A DNA stretch of 64,000 nucleotides from Scyliorhinus canicula (Eukaryota). The position numbers and the translations under genes were made by a program. The DNA is taken from positions 19,005,327 through 19,069,326 of the forward strand of contig NC_052172.1 in the NCBI RefSeq assembly GCF_902713615.1, in the 5' to 3' direction. Numbering within the stretch: position 1 is the first letter of the stretch; the number at the start of each line of letters is the position of its first letter. Below the pieces are notes generated by a model. That model did not search any database and had not been told where the DNA came from. It worked only from the letters and a program-made list of their open reading frames with translations. Of this stretch, positions 11,900 to 25,980 are shown in pieces.

Positions 11900-14800
11900 C
11901 CCTCGCCGGGGGGCACCGCCCGCTCTCGCCGGGGGCACCGCGGACCCTCACCGGGGGCACCGCGGACCCTCACCGGGGGCACCGCGCCCTCTCACCGGGG
12001 GCACCGCCTGCCCTCGCCGGGGGCACCGCCCACACTCGCCGGGCGCCCTCACCGGGGGCACCGCGCCCTCTCACCGGGGACACCGTGCTCTCACCGGGAA
12101 CACCGCGCTCTCACCGGGGACACCGCGTTCTCACCGGGGACACCGTGCTCTCACCGGGGACACCGCGCCCTCACTGGGGACACCACGCTCTCACCGGGGA
12201 CACCGCGCTCTCACAGGGACACCGTGCCCTCACCGGGAACACCGCGCTCTCACCGGGAACACCGCGCTCTCACCGGGGACACCACGCTCTCACCGGGGAC
12301 ACCGCGCTCTCACAGGGACACCGTGCCCTCACCGGGAACACCGCGCTCTCACCGGGGACACCGCGCTCTCACCGGGAACACCGCGCTCTCACCGGAGACA
12401 CCGCGCTCTCACAGGGGACACCGTGCCCTCACCGGGGACACCGCGCTCTCACAGGGACACCGTGCCCTCACCGGGGACACCGCGCCCTCACCGGGGACAC
12501 CGCGCTCTCACAGGGACACCGTGCCCTCACCGGGAACACCGCGCTCTCACCGGGGACACCGCGCTCTCACCGGGGACACCGCGCTCTCACCGGGAACACC
12601 GTGCTCTCACCGGGGACACCGCGCCCTCACCGGGGACACCGCGCTCTCACCAGGGACACCGCTCCCTCACCGGGGACACCGCGCTCTCACCGGAGACACC
12701 GCGCTCTCACCGGGGACACCGCGCTCTCACCGGGGACACCGCGCCCTCACCGGGGACACCGCGCCCTCACCAGGGACACCGTGCTCTCACCGGGGACACC
12801 GCGCTCTCACCGGGGACACCGCGCCCTCACCGGGGACATCGCACTCTCACCGGGAACACCGCGCTCTCACCGGGGACACCGTGCCCTCACCGGGGACACT
12901 GCGCTCTCACCGGGGACATCGCACTCTCACCGGGAACACCGCGCTCTCACCGGGGACACCGCGCTCTCACCGGGGACACCGCGCTCTCACAGGGACACCG
13001 TGCCCTCACCGGGGACACCGCGCCCTCACCGGGGACACCGCGCTCTCACCAGGGACACCGTGCTCTCACCGGGGACACCGCGCCCTCACCGGGGACACCG
13101 CGCCCTCACCAGGGACACCGTGCTCTCACCGGGGACACCGCGCTCTCACCGGGGACACCGCGCCCTCACCGGGGACATCGCACTCTCACCGGGAACACCG
13201 CGCTCTCACCGGGGACACCGTGCCCTCACCGGGGACACTGCGCTCTCACCGGGGACATCGCACTCTCACCGGGAACACCGCGCTCTCACCGGGGACACCG
13301 CGCTCTCACCGGGGACACCGCGCTCTCACCGGGGACACCGCGCTCTCACCGGGGACACCGCGCTCTCACCGGGGACATCGCGCTCTCACCGGGAACACCG
13401 TGCTCTCACTGGGGACACCGTGCTCTCACCGGGGACACCGCGCTCTCACCGGGGACACCGCGCTCTCACCGGGGACACCGCGCTCTCACCGGGGACACCG
13501 CGCTCTCACCGGGAACACCGTGCTCTCACCGGGGGCACCGCGCTCTCACCGGGGACACCGCGCTCTCACCGGGGACACCGCGCTCTCACCGGGAACACCG
13601 TGCTCTCACCGGGAACACCGTGCTCTCACCGGGGACACCGCGCTCTCACCGGGAACACCGTGCTCTCACCGGGGACACCACGCTCTCACCGGGGACACCG
13701 CGCTCTCACCAGGGGCACCGCGCTCTTACCGGGGGCACCGCTCCCTCACCGGGGACACCGTGCTCTCACAGGGACACTGTGCTCTCACCGGAGACACCGC
13801 GCTCTCACAGGGACACAGTGCTCTCACCGGGGACATCGCGCTCTCACCGGGGACACCGTGCTCTCACCGGAGACACCGTGCTCTCACCGGGGACACCGCG
13901 CTCTCACCGGAGACACCGCGCTCTCACCGGGGACACCGCGCTCTCACCGGGGACACCGCGCTCTCACAGGGACACCGCGCTCTCACCGGGGACACCGCGC
14001 CCTCACCGGGGACACCGTGCTCTCACAGGGACACTGTGCTCTCACCGGAGACACCGCGCTCTCACAGGGACACTGTGCTCTCACCGGAGACACCGCGCTC
14101 TCACAGGGACACCGCGCCCTCACCGGAGACACCGCGCTCTCACAGGGACACTGTGCTCTCACCGGGGACACCGCGCTCTCACCGGGGACACCGTGCTCTC
14201 ACCGGAGACACCGTGCTCTCACCGGGGACACCGCGCTCTCACCGGAGACACCGCGCTCTCACCGGGGACACCGCGCTCTCACCGGGGACACCGCGCTCTC
14301 ACAGGGACACCGCGCTCTCACCGGGGACACCGCGCTCTCACAGGGACACCGCGCTCTCACCGGGAACACCGTGCTCTCACCGGGGACACCGCGCTCTCAC
14401 CGGGAACACCGCGCTCTCACCGGGAACACCGCGCTCTCACCGGGGACACCGCGCCCTCACCGGGGACACCGCGCCCTCACCGGGGACACCGCGCCCTCAC
14501 CGGGGACACCGCGCTCTCACCGGGGACACCGTGCCCTCACCGGGGACACCGCGCTCTCACCGGGGACACCGCGCTCTCACCGGGGACACCGTGCTCTCAC
14601 CGGGGACACTGCTCCCTCACCGGGGACACCGCGCTCTCACCGGAAACACCGCGCCCTCACCGGGGACACCGCGCTCTCACACGGACACCGCGCTCTCACC
14701 GGGGACACTGTGCTCTCACCGGGGACACTGTGCTCTCACCGGGGACACCGTGCTCTCACCGGGGACACCGCGCTCTCACCGGGGACACCGCGCTCTCACC

Positions 14801-15505
14801 GGGGACACCGTGCCCTCACCGGGGACACCGTGCTCTCACCGGGGACACCGCGCTCTCACCGGGGACACCGCGCTCTCACCGGGGACACCGCTCCCTCACC
14901 GGGGACACCGTGCTCTCACCGGGGGCACCGCGCTCTCACCGGGGACATCGCGCTCTCACCGGGGACACCGTGCCCTCACCGGGGACACCGCTCCCTCACC
15001 GGGGACACCGTGCTCTCACCGGGGACACCGCGCTCTCACCGGGGACACCGCGCTCTCACCGGGGACACCGTGCCCTCACCGGGGACACCGCGCTCTCACC
15101 GGGGACACCGTGCCCTCACCGGGGACACCGCTCCCTCACCGGGGACACCGCGGTCCCACCGGGGACACCGCGCTCTCACCGGGGACACCGCGTCCTCACC
15201 GGGGACACCGCGCTCTCACCGGGGACACCGTGCCCTCACCGGGGACACCGCGCTCTCACCGGGGACACCGTGCCCTCACCGGGGACACCGTGCCCTCACC
15301 GGGGACACCGCTCCCTCACCGGGGACACCGCGGTCCCACCGGGGACACTGCGCTCTCACCGGGGACACCGCGCTCCCACCGGGGACACCGCGTCCTCACC
15401 GGGGACACCGCGTCCTCACCGGGGACACCGTGCTCTCACCGGGAACACCACGCTCTCACCGGGGGCACCGTGACTCACCGGGGACACCGCGCCCTCACTG
15501 GGGAC
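11900..15505 (+). repeat. CpG-rich 20-bp minisatellite (CACCGGGGACACCGCGCTCT)
   Basis: tandem periodicity, about 180 units, degenerate at both edges. Confidence 0.98.
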
Positions 15506-16656
15506 AGGTCACTCTTGCTGGGGATGAGTCGCACTAATTGGGGATGATCTAACCCTATCCGCCACGTTCTCCCCGTGTCTGCGTGGGTTTCCTCCCACAG
15601 TCCAAAGATGCACAGGTTTGGCGGATTGCCGTGATAAATTGCCCTTAGGTGGAGTTGAGGGGATAGCGGGGAGGGGAATGGGTCGAGGTAAGATGCTCTT
15701 TCGGAGGGCAGGTGCAGAGTTGATGGGCTGAGTGGCCTCCACCTGCACTGTAGTGATTCTTTGATCACTTCAACGATTCAACATGCTTCTTGCTAAAACA
15801 GGATAACAAACGACCCTCGGCGTCGTGTTCAAACATCACACACCCTCGTCAGGAGAAAAGAAACAACATGAAATCAACAGGATAACGACGAGGGAATAAA
15901 GTCCAGGGTGACTGATGAAGTGCAGGATAATAACACCAACTATGTTGCTTAGAAAGGCTAAAGCCATGACGGGATCTCTCAAGAGTCCATCGAACAAAAT
16001 GCCATGCCAGGGGGGACTGGGGGGGGACTGGGGGGGGGGGGGGGGGGGACTGGGGGGGGGGGGGGGGACTGGGGGGGGGACTGGGGGGGGACTGGGGGGG
16101 GGGGGGGACTGGGGGGGGGCTCCCAACATTCCCTCTGGATACTTCACAGCTCATCAAGGTGAGCACCAAAAAGCTGCACCCCGGAGCGGAGATCATCATC
16201 GGAATGGTCATCATCCCCACGCACCAGTGCGCAGGACCGCCAAACAGAAACGTCACCACTGCGTGTGGAGCCCCACCCCAGGCACCTCCAACCCTTCCAT
16301 CATTCAGCGATTCTCTCCAAATTAACTAGACCCTTCATCATCGATCTCCAACCAGGACCACCCAGGGATATAGTCAAAGACATATTCCCCCCAAAAAATT
16401 ATGGAATGTGCATTAGGATAAAATAAAAGATCGAAGGACCAGGAGAGGCAGATCTCGAAACTAGAGCTGCTCCCGCACACGCTTCATGTGACCCCTCCTA
16501 ATTCTAAAATTCCCATCCCTGTTTTACAATCCTTCCATGAACTCAGGGCCTCCCTATCGCTGTAATGTCCCCCAGCCCAACGACTCTCCGGGATCTCTCC
16601 GCTCCTCGCCTCGGGAGCATCCCGAATTTCAATCAGGATCATCAGCGCCAAGCCTT

Positions 16657-19116
16657 CTGCTCCCCACCCACAGCTCGGCAATCTGCTCCCCACCCACAGC
16701 TCTGCAATCCACTCCCCACCCACAGCTCGGCAATCTGCTCCCCACCCACAGCTCGGCAATCCGCTCCCCACCCACAGCTCTGCAATCCACTCCCCACCCA
16801 CAGCTCGGCAATCTGCTCCCCACCCACAGCTCTGCAATCCACTCCCCACCCACAGCTCGGCAATCTGCTCCCCACCCACAGCTCTGCAATCTGCTCCCCA
16901 CCCACAGCTCTGCAATCCACTCCCCACCCACAGCTCGGCAATCTGCTCCCCACCCACAGCTCTGCAATCCACTCCCCACCCACAGCTCTGCAATCTGCTC
17001 CCCACCCACAGCTCGGCAATCTGCTCCCCACCCACAGCTCTGCACCCCACCCACAGCTCTGCAATCCACTCCCCACCCACAGCTCTACAATCTGCTCCCC
17101 ACCCACAGCTCTGCAATCCACTCCCCACCCACAGCTCGGCAATCCACTCCCCACCCACAGCTCTGCAATCCACTCCCCACCCACAGCTCGGCAATCCGCT
17201 CCCCACCCACAGCTCGGCAATCCACTCCCCACCCACAGCTCGGCAATCCGCTCCCCACCCACAGCTCGGCAATCCACTCCCCACCCACAGCTCGGCAATC
17301 AGCTCCCCACCCACAGCTCTGCAATCCACTCCCCACCCACAGCTCGGCAATCCACTCCCCACCCACAGCTCGGCAATCCATTCCCCACCCACAGCTCGGC
17401 AATCCACTCCCCACCCACAGCTCGGCGATCCGCTCCCCACCCACAGCTCGGCAATCAGCTCCCCACCCACAGCTCGGCAATCCATTCCCCACCCACAGCT
17501 CGGCAATCCACTCCCCACCCACAGCTCTGCAATCCACTCCCCACCCACAGCTCGGTGATCCGCTCCCCACCCACAGCTCGGCAATCCATTTCCCACCCAC
17601 AGCTCGGCAATCCACTCCCCACCCACAGCTCTGCAATCCACTCCCCACCCACAGCTCGGCAATCAGCTCCCCACCCACAGCTCGGCAATCAGCTCCCCAC
17701 CCACAGCTCGGCAATCCACTCCCCACCCACAGCTCGGCAATCCACTCCCCACCCACAGCTCGGCAATCCATTCCCCACCCACAGCTCTGCAATCCGCTCC
17801 CCACCCACAGCTCTGCAATCCACTCCCCACCCACAGCTCGGCGATCCGCTCCCCACCCACAGCTCTACAATCTGCTCCCCACCCACAGCTCTACAATCTG
17901 CACCCCACCCACAGCTCTGCAATCCACTCCCCACCCACAGCTCGGCGATCCGCTCCCCACCCACAGCTCGGCAATCCATTCCCCACCCACAGCTCGGCGA
18001 TCCGCTCCCCACCCACAGCTCGGCAATCAGCTCCCCACCCACAGCTCGGCAATCCACTCCCCACCCACAGCTCGGCAATCCACTCCCCACCCACAGCTCG
18101 GCAATCCATTCCCCACCCACAGCTCGGCAATCCACTCCCCACCCACAGCTCGGCAATCCACTCCCCACCCACAGCTCGGCAATCCGCTCCCCACCCACAG
18201 CTCGGCAATCAGCTCCCCACCCACAGCTCTGCAATCCACTCCCCACCCACAACTCTGCAATCCACTCCCCACCCACAGCTCTGCAATCCACTCCCCACCC
18301 ACAGCTCTGCAACTCCCCACCCACAGCTCGGCAATCCATTCCCCACCCACAGCTCTGCAATCAGCTCCCCACCCACAGCTCTGCAATCCACTCCCCACCC
18401 ACAGCTCGGCAATCCACTCCCCACCCACAGCTCGGCAATCCACTCCCCACCCACAGCTCGGCGATCCACTCCCCACCCACAGCTCGGCAATCCACTCCCC
18501 ACCCACAGCTCGGCAATCTGCTCCCCACCCACAGCTCGGCAATCCACTCCCCACCCACAGCTCGGCGATCCACTCCCCACCCACAGCTCGGCAATCCACT
18601 CCCCACCCACAGCTCGGCAATCTGCTCCCCACCCACAGCTCGGCAATCCACTCCCCACCCACAGCTCTGCAATCCACTCCCCACCCACAGCTCTGCAATC
18701 CACTCCCCACCCACAGCTCGGCAATCTGCTCCCCACCCACAGCTCTGCAATCCACTCCCCACCCACAGCTCGGCAATCCACTCCCCACCCACAGCTCGGC
18801 AATCAGCTCCCCACCCACAGCTCTGCAATCCACTCCCCACCCACAGCTCGGCAATCAGCTCCCCACCCACAGCTCTGCAATCCACTCCCCCACCCACAGC
18901 TCGGCAATCAGCTCCCCACCCACAGCTCGGCAATCTGCTCCCCACCCACAGCTCTGCAATCCACTCCCCACCCACAGCTCTGCGATCTGCTCCCCACCCA
19001 CAGCTCGGCAATCCGCTCCCCACCCACAGCTCTGCAATCTGCTCCCCACCCACAGCTCGGCAATCCACTCCCCACCCACAGCTCGGCAATCCACTCCCCA
19101 CCCACAGCTCTGCAAT
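16657..19116 (+). repeat. 26-bp minisatellite (CTCCCCACCCACAGCTCGGCAATCCA) inside an L2-like LINE 3' fragment
   Basis: tandem periodicity; flanks 16500-16656 and 19117-19215 read as the two halves of one LINE tail. Confidence 0.95.
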
Positions 19117-19217
19117 TTCCTCCCTACCTCACCTTCCTCGACGTCCCTCAAAACCTGCCTGTTTGGCCGAGACTTCGGTCATCCCACCTGCCATGAGCTC
19201 GGTGTCAAAATTTATTT

Positions 19218-19630
19218 TGCACTGTTGCTTCACAGCGCCAGGGTCCCAGGTTCGATTCCCGGCTCTGGGTCACTGTCTGTGCGGAGTCTGCACATTCTCC
19301 CCGTGTCTGCGTGGGTTTCCTCCGGGTGCTCCGGTTTCCTCCCACAAGTCCCGAAAGACGTGCTTGTTAGGGTGAATTGGACATTCTGAATTCTCTCTCT
19401 GTGTACCCGAACAGGTGCCGGAGTGTGGAGACTAGGGGTTTTTCACAGTAACATAAAACGTTACAGCGCAGTACAGGCCCTTTGGCCCACGATGTTGCGC
19501 CGTCCTGTGAAACCCCTCTGAAGTCCCTCTACACGATTCCCTTATCGTCCATATGCCTATCCTATCCAAGTGGGTAACTTCATTGCAGTGTTAATGTTAG
19601 CCTACTTGTGACACTAATAAAGATTATTAT
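19218..19630 (+). mobile_element. V-SINE-like with an interrupted tail
   Basis: consensus head; tail broken by about 120 bp of inverted LINE 3' end. Confidence 0.75.
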
Positions 19631-20074
19631 TGCGGATTGTGGGATCTTGCTGTGCACAGATTAATTGCCGGGTTTCCGACGTTACAGCAATAGCTACACG
19701 TCAAAAGCACGGCAGTGGCCATAAAACGCCAGAGACGGCGGGAAAGTTGCTGCAGAAACGTAGTTACTCTGTCGAGTGGCTGGGGGTTACCGGGTGCAGT
19801 TACAGATTCCAGCACCAGAGGGTGCACTTGTGAAACAATTCCCTTCAGGGGAAAGATGAGCAGGCGGGAAGCTTAAACCTAGCAGGGGCACAGCAAGCTC
19901 CCACAAACAGCAACTAATCCGCTTTTAGTGATGCTGATAGAGGAATAAATATTGGTCAGGACTCCCAGGGGAGAATTCCCTGCTGCTCTCCTTCGCAATA
20001 GCAGCCACAGGGATCGTTTAAGTAATATTCCAGAGGCGGACTGAGTTTAGCGACTCATCAGAATGACAGCATCT

Positions 20075-22672
20075 CTGACAGTGCAGCACTCCCTCAGTAC
20101 TGACCCTCTGACAATGCAGCACTCCCTCAGTACTGACCATCTGACAGTGCAGCACTCCCTCAGTACTGACCCTCTGACAGTGCGGCACTCCCTCAGTACT
20201 GACCCTCTGACAGTGCGGCACTCCCTCAGTACTGAACCTCTGACAGTGCGGCACTCCCTCAGTACTGACCCACTGACAGTGCAGCCTTCCCTCAGTACTG
20301 ACCCTCTGACAGTGCAGCACTCCCTCAGTACTGACCCTCTGACAGTGCAGCACTCCCTCAGTACTGACCCACTGACAGTGCAGCCTTCCCTCAGTACTGA
20401 CCCTCTGACAGTGCGGCACTCCCTCAGTACTGACCCTCTGACAGTGCGGCACTCCCTCAGTACTGACCCTCTGACAGTGCAGCACTCCCTCAATACTGAC
20501 CCTCTGACAGTGCAGCACTCCCTCAGTACTGACCCTCTGACAGTGCAGCACTCCCTCAATACTGACCTTCTGACAGTGCAGCACTCCCTCAGTACTGACT
20601 CTCTGACAGTGCAGCATTTGCTCAGTACTGACCCTCCGACAGTGCAGCACTCCCTCAGTACTGACCCTCTGACAGTCCGGCACTCCCTCAGTACTGACCC
20701 TCTGACAGTGCAGCACTCCCTCAATACTGACCCTCTGACAGTGCAGCACTCCCTCAGTACTGACCCTCTGACAGTGCGGCACTCCCTCAGTACTGACCCT
20801 CTGACAGTGCAGCACTCCCTCAGTACTGACCCTCTGACAGTGCAGCACTCCCTCAGTACTGACCCTCTGACAGTGCTGCACTCCCTCAGTACTGACCCTC
20901 TGACAGTGCAGCACTCCCTCAATACTGACCCTCTGACAGTGCAGCACTCCCTCAGTACTGACCCTCTGACAGTGCAGCACTCCCTCAATACTGACCCTCT
21001 GACAGTGCGGCACTCCCTCAGTACTGACCCTCTGACAGTGCGGCACTCCCTCAGTACTGACCCTCTGACAGTGGGGTACTCCCTCAGTACTGACCCTCTG
21101 ACAGTGCGGCACTCCCTCAGTACTGACCCTCCGACAGTGCAGCCCTCCCTCAGTTCTGACCCTCTGACAGTGCGACACTCCCTCAGTACTGACCCTCTGA
21201 CAGTGCAGCGCTCCCTCAGTACTGACTCTCTGACAGTGCGGCACTCCCTCAGTACTGACCCTCTGACAGTGCAGCACTCCCTCAATACTGACCCTCTGAC
21301 AGTGCAGCACTCCCTCAGTACTGACCCTCTGACAGTGCAGCACTCCCTCAATACTGACCTTCTGACAGTGCAGCACTCCCTCAGTACTGACTCTCTGACA
21401 GTGCAGCATTTGCTCAGTACTGACCCTCCGACAGTGCAGCACTCCCTCAGTACTGACCTTCTGACTCTGCAGCACTCCCTCAGTACTGACCCTCTGACAG
21501 TGCGGCACTCCCTCAGTACTGACCCTCTGACAGTGCGGCACTCCCTCAGTACTGACCCTCTGACAGTGCAGCACTCCCTCAGTACTGACCCTCTGACAGT
21601 GCAGCACTCCCTCAGTACTGACCTTCTGACTCTGCAGCACTCCCTCAGTACTGACCCTCTGACAGTGCAGCGCTCCCTCAGTACTGACCCTCTGACAGTG
21701 CAGCACTCCCTCAGTACGGACCCTCTGACAGTGCGGCACTCCCTCAGTACTGACCCTCTGACAGTGCAGCACTCCCTCAGTACTGACCCTCCAACAGTGC
21801 AGCACTCCCTCAGTACTGACCCTCTGACAGTGCAGCACTCCCTCAGTACTGACCCTCTGACAGTGCGGCACTCCCTCAGTACTGACCCTCTGACAGTGCG
21901 GCACTCCCTCAGTACTGACCCTCTGACAGTGCAGCACTCCCTCAGTACTGACCCTCTGACAGTGCAGCACTCCCTCAGTACTGACCCTCTGACAGTGCGG
22001 CACTCCCTCAGTACTGACCCTCTGACAGTGCAGCACTCCCTCAGTACTGACCCTCCAACAGTGCAGCACTCCCTCAGTACTGACCCTCTGACAGTGCAGC
22101 ACTCCCTCAGTACTGACCCTCTGACAGTGCGGCACTCCCTCAGTACTGACCCTCTGACAGTGCAGCACTCCCTCAGTACTGACCCTCTGACAGTGCAGCA
22201 CTCCCTCAGTACTGACCCTCTGACAGTGCGGCACTCCCTCAGTACTGACCCTCTGACAGTGCAGCACTCCCTCAGTACTGACCCTCTGACAGTGCAGCGC
22301 TCCCTCAGTACTGACCCTCTGACAGTGCGGCACTCCCTCAGTACTGACCCTCTGACAGTGCAGCGCTCCCTCGGTACTGACCCTCTGACAGTGCAGCACT
22401 CCCTCAGTACTGACCCTCTGACAGTGCAGCACTCCCTCAGTACTGACCCTCTGACAGTGCGGCACTCCCTCAGTACTGACCCTCTGACAGTGCGGCACTC
22501 CCTCAGTACTGACCCTCTGACAGTGCGGCACTCCCTCAGTACTGACCCTCTGACAGTGCGGCACTCCCTCAGTACTGACCCTCTGACAGTGCGGCACTCC
22601 CTCAGTACTGACCCTCTGACAGTGCAGCACTCCCTCAGTACTGACCCTCTGACAGTGCGGCACTCCCTCGGT
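20075..22672 (+). repeat. 33-bp minisatellite (CTGACAGTGCAGCACTCCCTCAGTACTGACCCT), array 1
   Basis: tandem periodicity, 11-aa repeats in the ORF track. Confidence 0.98.
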
Positions 22673-23829
22673 ACGGAGCTACCATTAGGGGGCTGTAGGA
22701 GTTTCAGGCCCAATTAGAAGCAGCAGGAGCCAGTTTTTGACATTTTAATCATTCTTCCTGTTGCTGCCGCAGCAAAATGTTTGTGCCGGACGTACTGGGT
22801 CGAGTTGGTTTCGTGTTTTCGGCTGTCAAGTGGAGGTGGAAGGGATGAATGGCAGTTTCACCAGGCCATTCAGCCGTGGGAGGCCTCACAGCAAAATGTT
22901 CTCCCTCCTCACTCGGCCCACCAGCCCGGGCCTTTCCCCAAGGAGCCTCCGCGTAGCAACCGGTATCAGGAATCGTCGTTGGGGTCTTTATAGGGCCAAT
23001 GGTCAACAAATAGGAGCAGGATGTGCCATTCGGCCCCTCAATCATGCTCTGCTATTCAAGATAACGGGTGATCTGATTCTGGTCCTGACTCCATTTTCCT
23101 GTCTGTTCCCGCGGGACCTCACATGTTTAATCCTGTTCCTCACGCTATGTCGGTATGTGTGTGTCTCCAGCTATTGCTGTTCCTCAACCACCTCGAGACC
23201 GTGAGACAGCCCAGGAGGCCATTCTGCCCATCGGAAGCCCCCTGGCCATTCCCGAGCAGGGCTTTTTACGTGGGGTAAAAAAATCTACGCAAACATCAAG
23301 TTGCAAATCTCACCTTTTAATGCGATCGGCCCAACCCCGCCAGGCCATCACTCCGCTCCGGTTATTACAGAATAAAAGTCATTCTCAGACACGATGGGAA
23401 ATCCTGTTCAACACAGTTGTTCAATCATTGCCGACTCAACACAAACCTCTGGCTATTTTATTTGTGAACAAGGCAGATGATTGGCTAATTCCCCCCCCTC
23501 CCCCCTCCCCTCCCCTACCCCTCCCCCCCCCTCCCCTACCCCTCCCCCTCCCCCCCCCTCCCCCCCTCCCCCCCTCCCCCCCTCCCCCTCCCCCCTCCCC
23601 CCCTCATCCCACCTGAAGACCTCATCGCTGCAATTGTTTGGGGTTAATTTCAGATCTGTATGGAGCAGCTGACTGTATGTGATTGTGGAAACCCTCCCTC
23701 ACTGGGAGTGGTTTAGGAATAAAATTGAAATCTCCCAATCTCCTCCTGACTGGCTGACACCTTGGTGTCAATATTCACAATAATATATGAAATACAACTC
23801 TATAAATCCACTCACTTTCATTTTATTTT

Positions 23830-24062
23830 TTTTCTTTGTTTTTATAAATTTCACGTACCCAATTTATGTTTTCCAATTAAGGGGCAATTTAGCGTGGGCA
23901 ATCCACCCACCCGGCACATCTTTGGGTTGTGGGGGTGAAACCCACGCAGACACGGGGAGAATGTGCAAACTCCACACGGACAGTGACCCAGAGCCGGGAT
24001 CGAACCTGGGACCTCGGTGCCGTGAGGCACCAGGGCTAACCCACTGAGCCACCGTGCTGCCC
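23830..24062 (-). mobile_element. HE1/V-SINE-like
   Basis: consensus; CTCACTTTCATTT duplicated on both sides. Confidence 0.88.
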
Positions 24063-24484
24063 CCTCACTTTCATTTGAAATGGTCTCCCTTCCTTTCTGG
24101 AGGATCACTCTCTCTCTCTCTCCACCCTCACCCCTGATCAATCACCATTGGCCGGGCCGCAGTGTCTCGACCATTCTGTGTCCGGTACGGACCAGTGAGA
24201 ATCACTGGGCTATTCGGTCCCAGGTTGCATCACAGTTCTACCCCCCAGCCATCAGGACGGAGGCCAATCAAGGTGGGGAATATATGAATCGGATCCCCTC
24301 CGGATGCATCCGGGCAGTTACAGAGGCTTCGATCCCAGTCGGGTAAGTGGAGCTCACTTGGAGCTTCGGACAAGCTTTAGGAAAAATGTGAAAGCTTTCG
24401 GGAGAGTGGAGAAAAACAATCATGAGAATGGTTCCAGGGATGAGGAATTGGATTGGAGGAACTGGGGTTGTCCTTGTTGGGAGA

Positions 24485-25295
24485 GGTTGGGAATCCTACA
24501 GCAAGTAACTCACCTCCTGACCCCCCAAAGCCTGTCCACCATCTATAAGGCACAAGTCAGGAGTGTGATGGAATACTCTCCACTTGCCTGGATGAGTGCA
24601 GCTCCAACAACACTCAAGAAGCCCAACACCATCCAGGGCAAAGCAGCCCCGCTTGATTGGCACCACGCCCACAACATTCACCCCCTCCATCACTGACAGA
24701 ACAGTGGCAGCCGTGTGTACCGTCTACAAGATCCTTATCAAGGCTCCTTAGGCAGCACCTTCCAAACCCACAACCTCCACCATCTAGAAGGACAAGATCA
24801 GCAGATCCCTGGGTAACCCATCACCTGGAGGTTCCCCTCCAAGTCACTCACCGCCCTGACTTGGAAATATATCGCTGTTCCTTCACTGTCGCTGGGGCAA
24901 CACCCTGGAACTCGGAGCAGCACGGTGGCGCAGTGGTTAACACTGCTGCCTACGGTGCTGAGGTCCCAGGTTCGATCCCGGCCCCGGATCACTGTCCGTG
25001 TGGAGTTTGCACATTCTCCCTGTGTCTGTGTGGGTCTCACTCCCCACAACCCAAAGATGTGCAGGGTAGGTGGATTGGACACGCTAAATTGGAAAAAAAT
25101 GGAATTGGGCACTTTAAAACTTTTTTTTAAATCCTGGAACTCCCTCCCTAACAGCACTGTGGGTGTACCTACACCTCAGGGACTGCAGCGGTTCAAGGAG
25201 GCAGCTCGTCACCGCCTTCTGAAGGGTCAATTAGGGACGGGCAATAAACTCTGGCCTAACCAGCGACCCCCACATCCCGGAAATGAACGGTGTTC
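24485..25295 (+). mobile_element. non-LTR retrotransposon RT C-terminal/3' fragment with nested SINE (24915-25128)
   Basis: TIYKAQVRSVMEYSPLAW; related copies at about 48120-48560 and 49600-49910; CCTGGAACTC duplicated around the SINE. Confidence 0.8.
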
Positions 25296-25346
25296 AAAAT
25301 GATGAGGGAGAAGCTGTTCCCATTGGTGTGAAAATCGAGAACAAGA

Positions 25347-25980
25347 GTGATCAGGATCAGGAATGTGATCCCAGGATTGGTCGGGAATGAGGAACGTGAT
25401 CCCGGGATGGTCGGGATCAGGAACGTGATCCCAGGTTGGTTGGGATCAGGAATGCGCTGCCCGGGATTGGTCGGGATCAGGAATGTGATCCCAGGATTGG
25501 TCGGGATCAGGAATGCGCTGCCCGGGATTGGTCGGGATCAGGAATGTGATCCCAGGATTGGTCGGGATCAGGAATGTGATCCCAGGATTGGTCAGGTTCA
25601 GGAATGTGATCCCAGGATTAGTCAGGATCAGGAATGTGATCCCGGGATTGGTCAGGTTCAGGAATGTGATCCCAGGATTAGTCAGGATCAGGATTGTGAT
25701 CCCGGGATTGGTCAGGATCAGGATTGTGATCCCAGGATTGGTCAGGATCAGGATTGTGATCCCGGGATTGGTCAGGATCAGGATTGTGATCCCAGGATTG
25801 GTCGGGATCAGGATTGTGATCCCAGGATTGGTCGGGATCAGGATTGTGATCCCGGGATTGGTCAGGATCAGGATCGTGATCCCAGGTGTGATTGGGATCA
25901 GGAATGTGATCCCGGGATTGGTCAGGATCAGGAACTCGCTACCCGGGATTGGTCAGGATCAGGAATGTGATCCCGGGAAT
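25347..25980 (+). repeat. 30-bp minisatellite (GTCAGGATCAGGAATGTGATCCCAGGATTG) inside a CR1-like LINE 3' fragment
   Basis: tandem periodicity; CR1-like flanks at 25305-25346 and 25981-26150. Confidence 0.92.

Noticed and set aside
16008-16118. (G)nACT run and other poly-G/C tracts (23490-23600, 26280-26456, 42930-43240) as functional G-quadruplexes or proline-rich exons
   Set aside because: Low-complexity tracts with unreliable lengths and no splice support.
19790-19845. Possible minus-strand micro-exon (NCFTSAPSGAGICNCTR)
   Set aside because: AG/GT borders exist, but there is no recognisable homology or partner exon.
20075-22672. CRISPR-like periodic 33-bp repeats
   Set aside because: No unique spacers or cas genes; vertebrate context.
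199-22717. Very long ORFs (639-1213 aa) over 199-2371, 11896-15547, 16484-19389 and 20018-22717
   Set aside because: They coincide with tandem arrays, are open in several frames and often both strands, and have no unique domains.
24080-24346. ORF ending near a strong GG|GTAAGT donor on +
   Set aside because: No recognisable protein or linked exons.
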